DNA of 62,591 nucleotides from Aplysia californica (lineage: Eukaryota). Shown piece after piece: positions 12,001 through 27,000 of this stretch. Each line of letters starts with the position of its first letter. Within the stretch, counting starts at the first letter, position 1. The translations under genes and the position numbers were made by a program. The DNA is taken from contig NW_004797285.1 in assembly GCF_000002075.1 (NCBI RefSeq), positions 1,715,232 through 1,777,822 of the forward strand. The letters are read 5' to 3'. The notes beneath the pieces were generated by a model. The model was not told where the DNA came from. It saw nothing but the letters and a program-made list of their open reading frames with translations, and did no database searches.

Positions 12001-15000
12001 CTGGTTTCCACATGCCCCCAAAATAATGCACACCACCCAGACATCTACACAGACACATATTTAATTGGGTTTTTTAAATTAAAAAAAACAAACTTCACTA
12101 TAATAATATTCCCTTGGACATCAATTTTGTTGACGGGTCATTATTTTACTACAGAAGAATAAACAAGGGAAGTTAACGAGTAGAAGCTGAGCCATGCCCC
12201 TTTAAATCAAAGACCAGGTTCTTAGGCTGAGACCACTATATCAAGGCGTAACTTCATCTTTATGAAGGTGAATCTGAACAGTTAAATGTTATGGATTTCA
12301 AAGATGGATAAAGAACTTTGTGTCCTCTTTTTTTAATGAAATGTGGGAATGTTTCGTTTGTCCTGTTGCCTAGCTATGACTTATCAGTTTTCTCCTTTCT
12401 CTTTTGTCACACTTGAATGGTATTTCACTTCAGGTTGGAGTTGTGAAACAGACTGAAACAGCACACCTAAAGGCAGCTGGTGACAACAAGTCTGGGCCCT
12501 TCAGTAGAAAGCTTTCAGCATTGTACACAAAGTCTACTCTCATTGGAGAAGATATCCTTTGTAGTTTATAAAGCATTATCATGTGTCATTATGAACGAAG
12601 CCTTTTATGTAAACTGGATGGGAATCAGGGACTGAGGAATGAGGGAAGTTTTTGTATATTAGTATTTACTTTCAAATGAGGATATTTTGTCTCATGGTGA
12701 CTGATATACTGTAATTCCTTGTCAAAAATGAAACTTTTGTTGTGTTTATCATGTCGAATATTAGATGTGACACACTTCAGATTCTTAGCACAAATAAAAA
12801 ATTTGAACAAATTTACTCATGGCAAGCGTATTGTTTGATGAGTTAGTGAATTAGAAGCAAACAGATTATTACTTAGACACTATGAAGCTTACTTTATTTT
12901 TTTGTAGCTTAGCCTCTCATAAATTTATTTCATCTTTTTATATTATGAAATGCTTTGTGTACTTTTACATCATAGTGTTCATGTTTTGTAGAAGGTCATT
13001 TCACGTCTTGCCATAAAACTAAGAAACTATTGAGTGTTCTCTGGAGCAGATGGTAGACGTCATATTTTGTTTCACTTTTTTAGGACATTGAAACTGATAT
13101 TACTTTACTTCATAGAGATAATGCCTTGACTAGCTCACATGTTGATTCAGCGTCTGGGGAATCTGACCTGTCCTCGACTTTGCCAGAAAGTCACTACCTC
13201 ATGTGTATATACGAGCAGCCTCAGGAGACAGCCATTAAAACTGTCCATGTTGGCCTCATGGTAACTGAAATGTTGCAACTCATCAGTGTTACTCTTGCAT
13301 TGTTCGTATAGTCTGCAGTCAAAGTCTTTTTTGATCGTGTTTTATTCATACTTTCATCGAACTGTTAATTTACATGCATGCTGCTTTTTTGTCAATGGTT
13401 TGCCATTTATTTTTATAGTGATATTCTTTTTTGAGTATTACTCATGTATTGAATACTTTTTCTTTTGGCATTTTCACATTTGTTTAAACTCTTATTGTCT
13501 GTTTGATGGTGGTGCTTTATATGGTTTGTCCCTTTACTTTTTAGTCGATAATTATGCGTGAATACTTCAATGTCCTGACACATTTATTATTTATAGGATA
13601 TTAACTTTCTCTTTGTTTGGCGTTATGTGTTTAGCTTGTGTCTCTGTGCTTCTCTTTTAATTCCGCCAGGAATGAAAATTTGGTGTTACACTTTGTTTCT
13701 GTTCGGTTTCTTTGTGTAGTGCCTGGATTTTCCGATCCATGTTTGTTTAAAGAATCTGAAATCAAAATTCATGTTTAACTTTTATTTAAGACATTTCAGT
13801 GAACAAATGTTGTGATTTATCCTGTTGTTCCAAAACTGTACAGTACTGCCGCAAAATTATTTGGTTAAATATAAATTGATTTGACTTATCATGTAATAAA
13901 AATCTTTATTGTTTTTCCAGTGTGTGGATCCAGCAACTGGGGATATGGTTTTTGACTGTTTTCAAGACTCTACCACTTATACTGAGCTGGAAACACGCAT
14001 TTCCCACCTGAAACCTGTTGAGATTTTGCTGTCCACAAAAGTCTCTGACAGGATGAATCAAATTTTAACAGACATTTCAACTTTCAGGTAATCATCATAA
14101 TAAGTCTGATGGTTTATTTGATGTACTCTTGAGCTATTTAAACAGGTTTTGCTCTATGTTTAAGATAGGATACTTATGAACTTTGTGAAAACGGTCTGTT
14201 ATTAGTTATAATATTGGTTTTCACCCCTCATCTACACAATTTAGATAATTTAGTTTGTCAGGGCTAACTTGGCCTGAGTGTGATCCAGCATCCCAACAGA
14301 AAGATGGAGGTACCTGATGAAATAGATTTCCCCTCTTGGGAATCGATCTCACTTCTTTCGTTTACAGGGAAGATGAGCCTGATCATTACACCAGACCCTG
14401 GTTTTGTCATTGTCAGTTGTAGCAATTTTATTAAAATTTAAAGTTTTTCTTTCTTTCTACTGTGTCTTTCATGTTTCCTTTTTGAAAACGTGTTGGCAGT
14501 GCCACTAAAGATGACAGAATCAGAATAGAGAAGTTGGACAATGATGAATTCCTCCATAGTCAAGCAGTAGCAGCAGTTTCTACTTTTTACAGCAATGGTG
14601 AGTCGACCAAAGAAGTGATTAATTTGAAAAGAGTGGCAATGATGAAAAGTAACTCTCTTAACCTGTATTTTACAGAACAAGTGATTAAAAAACAACCTTG
14701 GAGTTAAATATTTTTCTTTGCTTTTGTTTTAAGATGTATTTTGCTTGTTCTTCCTAAGAGGATGTTAGTCGTAAACTGTAGGAGGCAACTAACAAAATTT
14801 TTTCCCTCATGCCTGAAGAAAAAGGAAAGGTCAATGAGTGCCGCATTATATTAATTTTTGCTTAAGATTTTCTGCCTTTTTATTCTGCTATCTGCACCCA
14901 TCTGTTCAATTGCCATCTCTATGACCTTTGTCTTTATTCATATTTCTAATGATAGGCTTTCGAATTTCAGCAACATTTTAGTGGGTATGCATTTGTATGA

Positions 15001-18000
15001 AATTGTCAAGGTTTTTTTTTGTTTGTTATTATAGTAGAGGGTTTTACGGCGCTCGCAACTGCATAAGGTCATATGAACGCCAAGTGTCAACGGTTTAAAG
15101 AAATGTTTCTTTGTGACGAACAAGCAAATTGTATTTCAACAGTTATGTTGCTTTTTGTTTTTAAAAAATTCAATGATTCTTAACATTCTTGTGTTATTTT
15201 GATGAGAGATCATGTTTGTCTTTCACTTGTAAATCCCATTTCTCGTAGTAAGATGCCTTGAGCTTAGTTTTCAAGAGAAAAGGCTTTTCATTTGTTATTT
15301 TCATTAATCTTGTTATAATTTCGAATTACTATTGTTTGTGTTGTATCATTGGTGCTGCTTTCTGTATTGTCAGATCACACTGGACTTCAAAAAGCCCTGA
15401 AACTTGAGAAACCTGTCATCAGTTGCCTTTCAGCCCTTATTTCCTATCTCAGAGATTTCAAACTCGATAAAATTTTATCTGAGACAAGGTAAGTTGTGCC
15501 TTACATGTGTTTCATACCATCACAATTTTTGTTAATTACCTTTTCCTTTAATTGAATTGTATTATATTGAGATGTTAATGAAAAATTGAATTGTATTCTA
15601 TTGAGATGTTTTTCATTTGTTTGAATATATGCACTGTATGCATGTATTACTCTTTCATGATTTAATTAAGGATAAATGTTTTCTGCAGTGTAACTTTTCT
15701 TTCTTTTTTTTTTTTTTTACTTACCTTCCTTGAGAGAATCTTTGCCTACATTGAAGAAAATTGTCAATGATCTGCGTTTGCATTTATAATTGCTACCTTG
15801 GTAGAAAGGCTTACTTTCCTGTTGCAACTTTGTAAAGAAACATTTTAACTGTATTGTGTTAATGTATACTTTTGTTAAAGTATCCTTTTGTTAAAGAAAC
15901 AAAAGTTCAGTATATTGTTCATTTGATAACTTGAATAGTCATCTTTTTTACAAATTGTGGTATACAATTAATTGAATATTCGTGTGTTTCAGCAACTTCC
16001 GGCCGTTCTCTGTGAGGTCATCATACATGCACCTGAGTGGTCAGTGTCTGCGCAACTTGGAGGTTTTTGCCAACTCCTGCGATGGCTCAGAAAGGGGCTC
16101 GCTGTTCTGGATGCTAAACCACACAAGAACGAAGTTTGGGTCTCGTTTGTTACGGCGATGGATCGCTCAACCCTTATTAGACAAAGAGTAAGTGAATACG
16201 TTTTTGCCAAAGAAAAATAGATTTCGAAAATAAGGCTAATGGTGTACGAGTGTAATGTAAAAGACATTGGCTTTAACCCTATCCTTACGCCCTGGGGTCA
16301 TTTTGTACCCACGGGGTTGTATTCTTCACATTTTGGAATACTTGTAGTACGAAGATCTCTTTGAAACTCTCAGTATTTCTCAAAAAATCATTTTTACAGA
16401 CTATGCAAAGCGTACGGATCGGATTAACGAGTAAATTTCCTCTTTGAAAGTGGTGGCACAGAGTTCCCCACGTCGTATGGATACGATAGTAAAACACGAC
16501 ATATGGATAGGGTTAAAGATCACACTCTCTGTAGTATTGATGATTATGAAAAGCACCTTAAAAATTGGCATATCATTAACTGAAAAACACTGGGTTGTTC
16601 TCTCTGGAAGAAACACTTGTCAACTCTTTGGTCAGTTACGCCTACAATTTTCCACTCCTTATCACTTGCAAGAGAATGCTGAAGACGACTTGATATGTAC
16701 ATCAAAAGTGAAATGTTGTTGTTTATAAGTAAAGAATGATCCTTAGCTTTTCATAGTGTTTTCATCATTTGTGAAGTTTTTGTTTGTATTGTGTGAATTT
16801 ACACACGAAAAGCTGATTCAAATAGTACAACTGCGTCCAGGTAGCAAAAATGTCAGACTTTCTTGATAAGTTTATAGGGTATTTTGTGTTTGAATGAACG
16901 CCTTTGTATTTCTCATACTAATGTATTTGTGTTTCAAGTTGTGAGCAGCCATTTGGCTGGAAAGGTAAGTTCTGATGGGAATCTATATTTCGGCTTGAAA
17001 CATTTTCTTTATCCACCAGTGATATTGAGGCTCGCCTGGATGCTGTTGAAGAAATTCGAAGGGGGGATATAGATGGTTTAAAGAAGCTGAAAGACATGAT
17101 GATAAAGATGCCAGATGTCGAGAGAGGTCTATGTTCCATCTACCACAAAAAGGTGAGCTACTCTTATACCCGATTCCTCAGTGCTACCCTAGTTTAGATT
17201 GTTGTATTCGGTTTGGATTTTGATGTTCCATGGTCTCTATCACTACTCAATCAATACTTGTTGCTTCAGTTCTGAGAAAATATTTGTCTTGTTTCATGTG
17301 CAATGTAGCCGTATACACATATCATTTGAAACAAGCTGACTTCAGATTCGAAGCCCATACTATGTATGAGCATACAATAAGACAAGAAGAGAATGACAAT
17401 AATGGTATTGTTTGGATTTTGAGCTCTTGTCATTCCTTCATCTTTGTTCTCTTTTTCATGTTGAACACCAGAGTTCTGCCGTGGAGTTTTTCAGCGTTGC
17501 TAAAGCTCTAGAGAAGATATGGAAAGAACTGCTTGAGATCCATAGAAGTGCGGCTAGCATTCTGCAGTCATCTCTACTGAAAAGTCTTCTGTCAGAGATA
17601 CCTGAGCTACTCTCTGACATTGGCACCTACAGTTCAGCTATAAGTGAGAAAGCAGCAAGGTACGAATTCCTGGATTTTCCTACATTTGTCTACCTTTCAC
17701 TGGGATAAGACCGTTAGGCTCAAGTTCTAGGGAGATCAACATTATATGGTCATTAGAAAAAGCTGATCACTTTTTTGTATAGATAGACACTTGAAATGTA
17801 GCAATACTTGACCTTGAATCTTTAACATGACCTGACAAAAAAGGTTTCTGCCATCTTCCACAACATTTCAGTAAATAAAATGGAGGGATTTCTTTTTAAA
17901 AAATCAAAGAAAATTCTCCAACTACATTTGAGAAGGCTTTTGCTAGAGTCTTGCATGTTCATCTTGATTTCTTCTGAATGTGTTCAAATAATGGTCAAAA

Positions 18001-21000
18001 ACTTTTACCCAGAATGTTTCATTTTCAGTTTTTATCTCTTATGTTATGTTTTCATTGTAGATATGACTGTGAATTGATCTGAGAATTGATGACTCTAAGG
18101 CTTAATATACATGTATGGATCATCAAGAGTGTCAGTAAGACTAGCAATGCAAAGACATTCTAAGTTCTCTGTTGTTATTTCAGGGAGAATGACAAGAAGA
18201 ATTTATTTGTCGATGATAACCAGTTTCCCAACGTGTGCAGCAGGAAGAAAGATATTCAGGAAGTCATGAAATGTCTGAATGATCATCGTAAAGAAGTAAG
18301 ACTAGCACTGAAGCAACCTGGTCTAAATTTTGTGACTGTGAATCAGATAGAGGTAAGCAGACGTGTCTAGACCTACTACTGTTCAGTTTGTTATATGACT
18401 GGAAAAAGACAACAGCAATACTGAACTGTTTTTCAAAATCTGTTGATCTAAAATCAATTTGTAGAGATATTGAGAATAACTGGTACTTGTTCAGTATAGT
18501 CTATGTTTGTGCTTCTCAAAAATCTAAAAGTCATAACCTTGTAAAGCTGCTAATTATCAGTATCTGTGTCAGCTGTTCAAGACACAATGAATTCCTAAAC
18601 AGCATTGAAGCAATGGGGGGGGATGAGAGAATATTTGAAGAAGTAATAGATTGTTGGAAGGTGAAAAAAATGGGTATTGGGTCTGGGCAGAAGAGGACAT
18701 TTATGAAAGTACACATCTCTCAGATTGCTGTTAGACTGTAATAGATTTTGTAACTGATATTGTTTGACATTTTGATAGCATGAGAATGACAGGCCCATAG
18801 AATGGGTGAACTTTTAAAATCCGTGGACCGTATCCAGAAAGATCGTCTCAAAGATCTCTGTATAAGTAAGTTTTGCTGGAGCTGATTGGCCCGTCATGGC
18901 TTTACCAATTTGGGCAAGTCTCTTTCAGGTATGTTTTAGACTCCAGATGAAGAGTTTTTTTTACAAAGTTGTATCTATGCATGATTCTCTTGCTATGTTT
19001 TTTAAACAGAACCTTTTTCATTGTAGTATGCTTTTCTTTTTTTTTTAAAGTTTCTTGTGGAAGTGAAAAACACCCAGATGAAGGAGGTGCCTTCTAACTG
19101 GACTCAGATCAGCAGGTTTGTTGATGACTTTGAGATTTTTTTAAAAGTATGTATTTTTTGTTGTTGCAGCCAGTAAGTGGCAGATCACTGATAGTAATTC
19201 ATCATTGTGCTGAAATTGCCACTACAAATCCAGCTGTAAACCTAATGATATGTCCCTGATGGCCTTTTTCTTTGTCCGTTATTCTACAAGGGACCGAGTA
19301 CTGACCCTTCAGAATAACCTGTTCCATGACTCAAAGGTAGTTGCAACGAAATAATCAAGAAATTACTTGATTAGCGAAATGAAAATATNNNNNNNNNNNN
19401 NNNNNNNNNNNNNNNNNNNNNNNNNNNNNNNNNNNNNNNNNNNNNNNNNNNNNNNNNNNNNNNNNNNNNNNNNNNNNNNNNNNNNNNNGTTCCTGTCTTT
19501 TTTCTCAAATCAAGATTTCTTAGATTATTTTTTCCTTGTGAAAAACTTAAACTTTTTACACTCAGTGTAGTTATTTCTATGAACTTTGAATTCTTAGAAG
19601 TTTGATGGATCCCTATACTATGAAGCACTATTGTTAAAATCTCCATGTTGTTTTTTCTTCCAGTACCAAAGTGGTATCCCGATTTCACACTCCTTTCATC
19701 GTCAAGCAGTACCGGAGACTGAATGAGCTCAAAGAGCAGCTGGTTGTTGATGTGACAGAAGCCTGGCAAGAGTTTTTGGAGTAGGGTTGTCCAGTGTTTT
19801 GACATTCATACTTACTCTGTAATCTGTAACTTTCTTTCTACTCTTTTTTTCTTTCTATGCCCCCTTGCTCCCCAACCTTATTTTCTGTTTTTCTGTCTTT
19901 TCCTGTTCTTTTTTTTCTCTTTTGCTTATGTGGTCACATTAATTATTCTGCTACTAGTGTTTATTTCGCAAAAGATATGTCACACCATGTTTTGAGTCCT
20001 GAATGTTTGCTTTTCAATTGTTACTGCTTTCATGTTATACCAGTAAAATTGCTGTACACTGCCTTGCATCAAATGATTGTTCAACTGACGAAGGTTTTTT
20101 TTGTTCTCCTGATACAGACAATTTTCCTTGAACTTTACCAAGTACAAAAGAGCGGTAAATAAGCTGGCTACTTTGGACTGCCTGATGTCTTTGGCAAAAA
20201 CAGCTTCTCAGGACTCGTTCTGCAAGTGAGAAATGTTGTGATGACATGGTATAGATAAAATCAAACACAATTTTTGAAGAGATAAAGTTGTATTGAGATA
20301 ATTGCATTTGTTGTGACTTGATTAACGTAATTAGTTTTGTTCTCAAGCTCAAAGCAGAATTCTCAATGTACAGCATTATCTTTTGCGCATGGTGAACACT
20401 TTATTTTAAGTATCTTGAAATGAAAGAGATTGATTCATTGATTGTGTTCCAGTGCATATTGGTGGTTGGATAAATATGTTTCAAGTCAGTCTAGAAATAT
20501 GTGCGTATTGTGAAAACACCCCAGTTGCAGTTACAGTAGTCTCCGCCTAAATGCACGATGCTCTGGAGGGCTCTTTAGCGTGTGTTTATACGGAGCGTGC
20601 GTTTATATGAACCTGTGCAAAGGGAGGAAGGGGCGCAGTCATCTCATTGCCTTGATATTCTAGTGACGTCTCTTGGGGGTGGGGGTCACTTTGGCCGATA
20701 TGTCTTGTGACAACAAGTGACTGTTTTGTGAAGGATTACCCGACTGCGGTTAAGAATGCAAAGGCATTGAATTGGGGGGGCAGAAAGACTGACTCAGTGT
20801 AATGATATGCACAATATGTGGGGAACAGATAAGATAGCGTAAGAGGAAACGAGGAAAATGTTGGTGATAGTCATAGAAACAATGGCGCAGCCATTGGCTT
20901 TCTAAGCGACCACCCCGACGGTAAATTCATGGATGACGTCAGAATCGTAGATCTCTACTTTCAGAGAAACATTTCTCTCGTTATTTGTTGAACATGTAGG

Positions 21001-24000
21001 TTATAAGTTTTTCAAGCGCAGCTGATTAGGCTTACTTGACTAATCTTTAATCCTATAGAAGCCTATCTAGTGTTTTACAGCATTTGCGCGTGTTGCGCAT
21101 CATAGGCCTTGGTCTAACTAATCATTACATGCAGTCATAAACGTTCTCTCAAAGATGCATTTCCAGTGACCAAGCAAAACACATTTCAGTCCTCCAACCC
21201 CCCAACATTTCACTGACAAGTCCTAGACCTATGTGTCTGTGGAAAGTTGGGTGCGAAAACGAAGTCCATCACTCTCTTTGTTCGGTGTGAGGGGCAGTCT
21301 CATCAAATATTCGATTTTCTAGGCTTGTCTTATGCAGGCTGTGTGGGCTGCAGCGAAAATTTCCCCTTGTCAAGCTTTACTTGTTGGGATGTTTCGTGGA
21401 TCGGAGCGTGCGTTTAGAGGGAGCGACCGTGCGTTTATACGTCTAAATTATATAGTAAACAAACCGTCATATAATGAAAGTGTGCGTTTGGGCGAAGTGT
21501 GCTTTTGTATAGTGTGCGTTTAGACGAAGACTACTGTAATTTTGTCGTACACTGTTCATAGACCTATAAGATGTAAGAAAAAGTATGATTTAACTCCAAA
21601 CCTTTGTGTGACATCAAGAGCAAATAGTTCTTCTCATCTTGTCGTCATTGTTGTTATCGATCCGGTGACTTCTCATCTTCTTAGAACTGGTGCATAAGAA
21701 AAAGAACTTTAGTGTACAGGACTTGTTTTCTGTTTTAAACCACATTGAATTAATGGTGTGATCGTTAAACAGGAGAATAAGAAAAAGTTAATTTAATGGG
21801 AACTAAAGCAGAGGCCTCAAAGAATAATACATTATTCTAAGATTTTAATAAGAATTACCTCCCGTGAATTTTTACTACTGAACTATATATTTTATTAGTT
21901 GAGCACTTCATGGTAGCATGCAGGAGACCCGAGTTCAATTCCCAAGTGGGGAGAATTTTTATCAAGTATCTCAGTTTTTCTGCTGGTATGTGGTATGTTG
22001 TATGTTGTAAAAACACATATATTTTTAAAAAATTAAAGATTTTTTTTCACCATGACCTGCATTATTGGCATTTTTGACATAAATGGTGAAGCTCTGATTA
22101 TGTATTTCCACTGCCAGTTATGTCTTTATGTTACTTTATGAGCTCCTGACTTTCGAGTTAATAAAACACTTGTGCGTTGGTAACTCAAACATGTCGTGAA
22201 TTGACAGTTTTCGACGCATCCAGATTTCTGGTTAACAGATTTGTTTTAAAAAATTTAAGAGATTTTGAAGAATATCAATGGTAGTATGAGGAATAATTTG
22301 ATAGGTTTTTTTTATGAGCTGTTTGGCAAATTCATATATGGGTGTTTGAGAAATCAGTCTTGCCAATACAAAAAAAAGTCATGGAATGGCATTATATTAT
22401 AAGGCAAAACTTGACTTCGAATTTTGTATGTGTGTATGTTATCTGTGCTCAACTGTAATGGTTTATTTTTACATAATTTATTATGAATAATTGCTTCTAA
22501 TGCCTTCAGCAATATCTTACAGTAGAGCCATATGTTATTTGGTAGCTCCCCGAAATAATTATATTGGCAATGAGTTTTTCTCAATCCCAATTCTAGCCTC
22601 ATCCACCTCTCCACCTTGTGCTCTCTTTTTTCTTTGTATCTTTCATCAAGCTCTACACGATGCTCTTGTTTTTCAGGCCTGTCATCGATGCAGATAACGT
22701 CCATATTGACGTGACCCAGGGCCGGCATCCTATCATTGATGCCCTCAAGGGAGAGCAAGAACAGTTTGTACCGAATGACACAGAGCTTAAGGTTTATAGC
22801 CTTTCATCTACCTCAGTTCAGTTTTAGTTAATGAAGGGAGTTGCACCATCTCAGGGATCATGTCGCAAAAAAGAAGTACAGGCATTTTTTAAGGAAAAAT
22901 TTGGTAGAAATTATTAAGTCTATAACATAACGTCTAATATTTCTATCATCCTTTTTTAACTCACTACTGGGCCCTTTCACCAGTCACAAGGGTTGAAGAC
23001 TGGCGTTTTTCGGAGTATTTCAATAAATCACCACAACTCTCAGAATTACCCTATTGTAATTATTTTTTGACACAGTAAAGTAACATTCAAGCTTAATCTA
23101 ACACAAAAAACTAAAGTTGTCTAAGTCTAATACTTTAATTTATATGATTTTTTAAAAATTGGCATGAATTTGATTTTCCGAAAAATTTCCAGAGACATGA
23201 CAGGTATAATGAAATCCACAACAACAACAAAAATAAAAGTTCAAAGTGTTGTATTTTGATTTGTATGCATGTGTGAGTGTTTGGTGAAAGTATAAAAGCT
23301 GGTCTGTGCGTTGATTCAGACCCTTGCACTGAATTACATGAGACAGATGTACGGCACGACGTTGTGATTTCGTTGCGTGAACAACACCAGTACTAGTGCT
23401 AGATCTAGCCCTAGAACTATGACTCGGGCTGTGTTCGGGTACATATCCAGGATCCTAACTATCAGACACATCATATTCTGAGACACTAGAACTAGTATAA
23501 CGTACAGAAGTATCGAAAACGGCGAAATTATGTGATTCTTGTTCATGCGACTTCTTTGACCGTTACTACGACGCGACTGTCAGATTACTATCAGCTGTAT
23601 AGAAAAAAACAAAGCGCGAGTTCCAGTCAGTTCAACCCCAGTTGGGGTCACTGTCCTTCACCTTCAATAACTTAAAAACTACGGGTCCCAGAGATACGAA
23701 GCGAAGTCTAAGTAGCTCAGGCTTGGCCAAACAAGGGTACGAGGCGGGTCCTGCAATCCGTGCGTGATTTGTAGAGCGGAAAAAAAATTCCAAAGTTGGT
23801 CACGCAGGGCTTGTGGGAGCCGTCGCGGTGGGGGTCACGCAACTGTTGTGTGAACCGTCTGAAGTGAGTTAAAAGGTAGGATGTATGTCAGTCTGTGAAA
23901 ATGAATTATGCCCATGAACACTAGTTTTAAAAATGAGATACTTTTTTTGTTTACAGCTTAGAGGTATAAGTGTGTAATCCACATGCATCTTACGTGTTGA

Positions 24001-27000
24001 TAATTACCTTGATGTACTGGTACATCATCTAAAAATTGTAACATTGGTATTAAACTTATGTATCGTTTCAGGCTAGTGACACGAGAGTCATGGTAATTTC
24101 TGGCCCCAACATGGGTGGCAAAAGCTCTTACATCAGACAGGTGGCCCTGATCACAATCCTGGCACAGGTGGGCTCCTATGTTCCTGCTGAGTCGGCTCAT
24201 ATAGGGATTGTTGATGCAATCTACACCAGGTAAAACTTCTTGGACCAGATGCCATTGCATATTGTCAGCGTCACCAAAGATAGTGAATGACAAGATGGGC
24301 CACTCAGCCAAAAAAGTGTCCGCAGGAAGTATGCTCTTTGCTTCAGATGGCGCTGCAGTCTGTTTTGAAGCTCTCTTTCGTTTTTCCAGAAGAAGAATAG
24401 GAATAGCACCTCCTTGCGTGCGCAGATCGACTGCTGTTCATCAGCAGTTCGGGTACGTTCAGTGCGGAGTTTTAGTTTTTTAAAATTTTAATGACCTCTC
24501 GCCTTTCATTCTAAAGTCAAATTAAACGAAGAAAACCATCACCCTTTCCTCCGGAAGAGGTTTTTTGTAAGCGTTGCCATTTTAAAAAAGCGTTCTTCCG
24601 AAATTTACCCCAAAACTTGCTAGTTTCACTTTGATTTGTTTAAACTCAAGTAGGGTAACTCTGTTCGCAAAGAGTGCGCTTTTGTGAAGAGGGCGCCACC
24701 AAATTTTGAGGACACTTTTTTAATTGGCTCAAAGAGAGAAGTGGCCCATCTTGTTATGTACTATCATTGGCGTCACCCCCCAAAAATGTTGTACTCCGTT
24801 TGACCCTGATTTACAGGCAAAATTTGTTTGTTTTGTTTCTTTGTTAGTTTGAGTAAAGAACATTGACACAGTGCTTGTCATTTAGTGCTGGGAAAAGGTA
24901 AGACAGACAGACAGAAGCAATAGAGGGAAAGTAAAGAAGTAGGGCCTACCTGTGGCGCCCTCCAACCTCTTGCTACTGGCAAAAGAACATTGGAATTACT
25001 GATTGTTCTTGTGACAGTGAATGCTGTTTACCTTCTGCTACTGTTAAAACAGGGTTCTTGTTTGCTGGACACAAGAGAATCTATGAACAAAAAATTCAGA
25101 TACAATTCTTTTTTCCGTTGAATTGTCTAAAGGTGTGCTTGTGATATTTGTGGCTGTAAGGAGGAATTGAAGTTTAGTACCTAGAGCACTGAATTCTTTT
25201 TATGGAGTGTCAAAATACTTTGGGTTTTTTTTCCCTTAGCTTGGTTCAGAGTATCTTCTAACAATGTGAATTTCTTGCACATTTTTATCTGACTTTAACT
25301 AAGTTTCTTGAAAGAATGCATATTGAGAATGTGTGTTCTATGTGTTAGTATGGCCTATTTGGGCTGTGTAAATAAAAGATAGTGGTACAGTAGTCTCCGC
25401 CTAAGCGCACCGTGCTCGGGAGGGTGCGTGCGTTTACATGAACTTTTGGAAAAAGAGGAAGGGACGCAGTCATCTCATTGCCTTGATATTCTAGTGACCT
25501 CCCTTTGGGGTTTGGGTCACTTTGAGCCACAGATGTGTAGAATTTTGTGCTTTGAGCCAATAATGTGACAACATGTGACTGTTTTGTGAAGGATTCCCTG
25601 ACTGCTGTTAAAATTACAAAGGCGTTGAATATGGGGGGGGGGGGGGGGGGGGACTCAATGTAATGAATATGCACTATAAAATGTAGGGAACAATTAGCCT
25701 AAGAGGAAACTGTTGGTGATAGTCATAGAGACCACGGCCCAGCCTCGTGGCTTTCAAAATGACCACCCGTGACCGTAAATTCATGGACGACATCAGAATC
25801 GTCAGAGATCTCTACATTCAGAGAAACATTTCTCTTATGATTCGTTGAGCAAGTACGTCATACGTTCTTCGAGCGCAGCTGATTAGGTTTCCTTGGCTAA
25901 TCTTCCAATAGAGGCCTATCTAGTGTTTTATGGCATTCACAGGTGTTGCACATCATCATAGGCCTAGGTCTAACTAAACATTACATGCAGTCACCCAAGC
26001 ACCAGTCAGAAATCTTCTCTCAAAGATGCATTTCCAGTGACCAATCAAAAAACATTTCAGTCCCCCAATCCCCCCCCCTTCACCGACCAGTCCTAGACCT
26101 ATGTGTCTGTGGAACGTTGGGTCTTAAAACGCTGTCCATCACTTTCTTTGTTCAGCATGAGGGGCATTCTCGCACGGTTTTCCAGGCTTGTCTTAAGCAA
26201 GCTGTGCAGATAGTTGTGAAAATTTCCCCTTGTCAAGCTTAACCTGTCAGCGTGTTTTGCGGATCGTAACGTGCGTTTAGAGAGAGTGACCTTGCGTTTG
26301 TACGTCTAATTTATATGGTAGAAAAACCCCGTCTGATGACGAAAGCGTGCTTTTGAGCAGGGTGTACTTTTGTATGGCGTGCGTTTAGGTGGAGACTACT
26401 GCAGCATAATGGTTCTTAATCTTAAATCCATTTGTCTAATAGGTCCTCCATCACCACAATAACCATCCCGTTAAGAATACTCCAATATGGCTCAACACAG
26501 TTTTTGTGGTATCGGCTCAGTGCAAAATTATGTGCACTGTTTGTCTGTGTCTTGACAAATTTTGCCAATCTTTTCTACTGGGTACTCAATTAAAATTTTA
26601 CATAGTTATGAAATTGTATTTTGCACATGACTTTGCTTGCAGCTTTCCATTTCCATCAAAATGTACAATATTGACCTTTGGTTTGATTTAGTCCTGTGTC
26701 TAATGAATACATATAAAAATATGTGGTCGCTTTTTAGCACAAGGGGGCTATCCTGAAAAATGGGGTTTTGAGAAAATAGAAGGTAAAGTTTTTGCCCTGT
26801 GCTCAGTTTCTTTAAAAGACAAGGAGACTTTTCTCTATAACCAAACAAATATACACACCAATGAAACCAAACTTCTCCTATAGGTAGGGCAATACCGACT
26901 TTTGGTGTAGGTCAAGATTTCTGGAAACCCCCGAAATCTGGGTTAGCCCTCTTGTCCTTAAAAGCGACCACATATACCGCCTTGGCTCTATACCATCTCT

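Noticed and set aside
21896-21952. tRNA-like fragment with B-box GAGTTCAATTCC
   Set aside because: No complete cloverleaf; probably a decayed SINE head.
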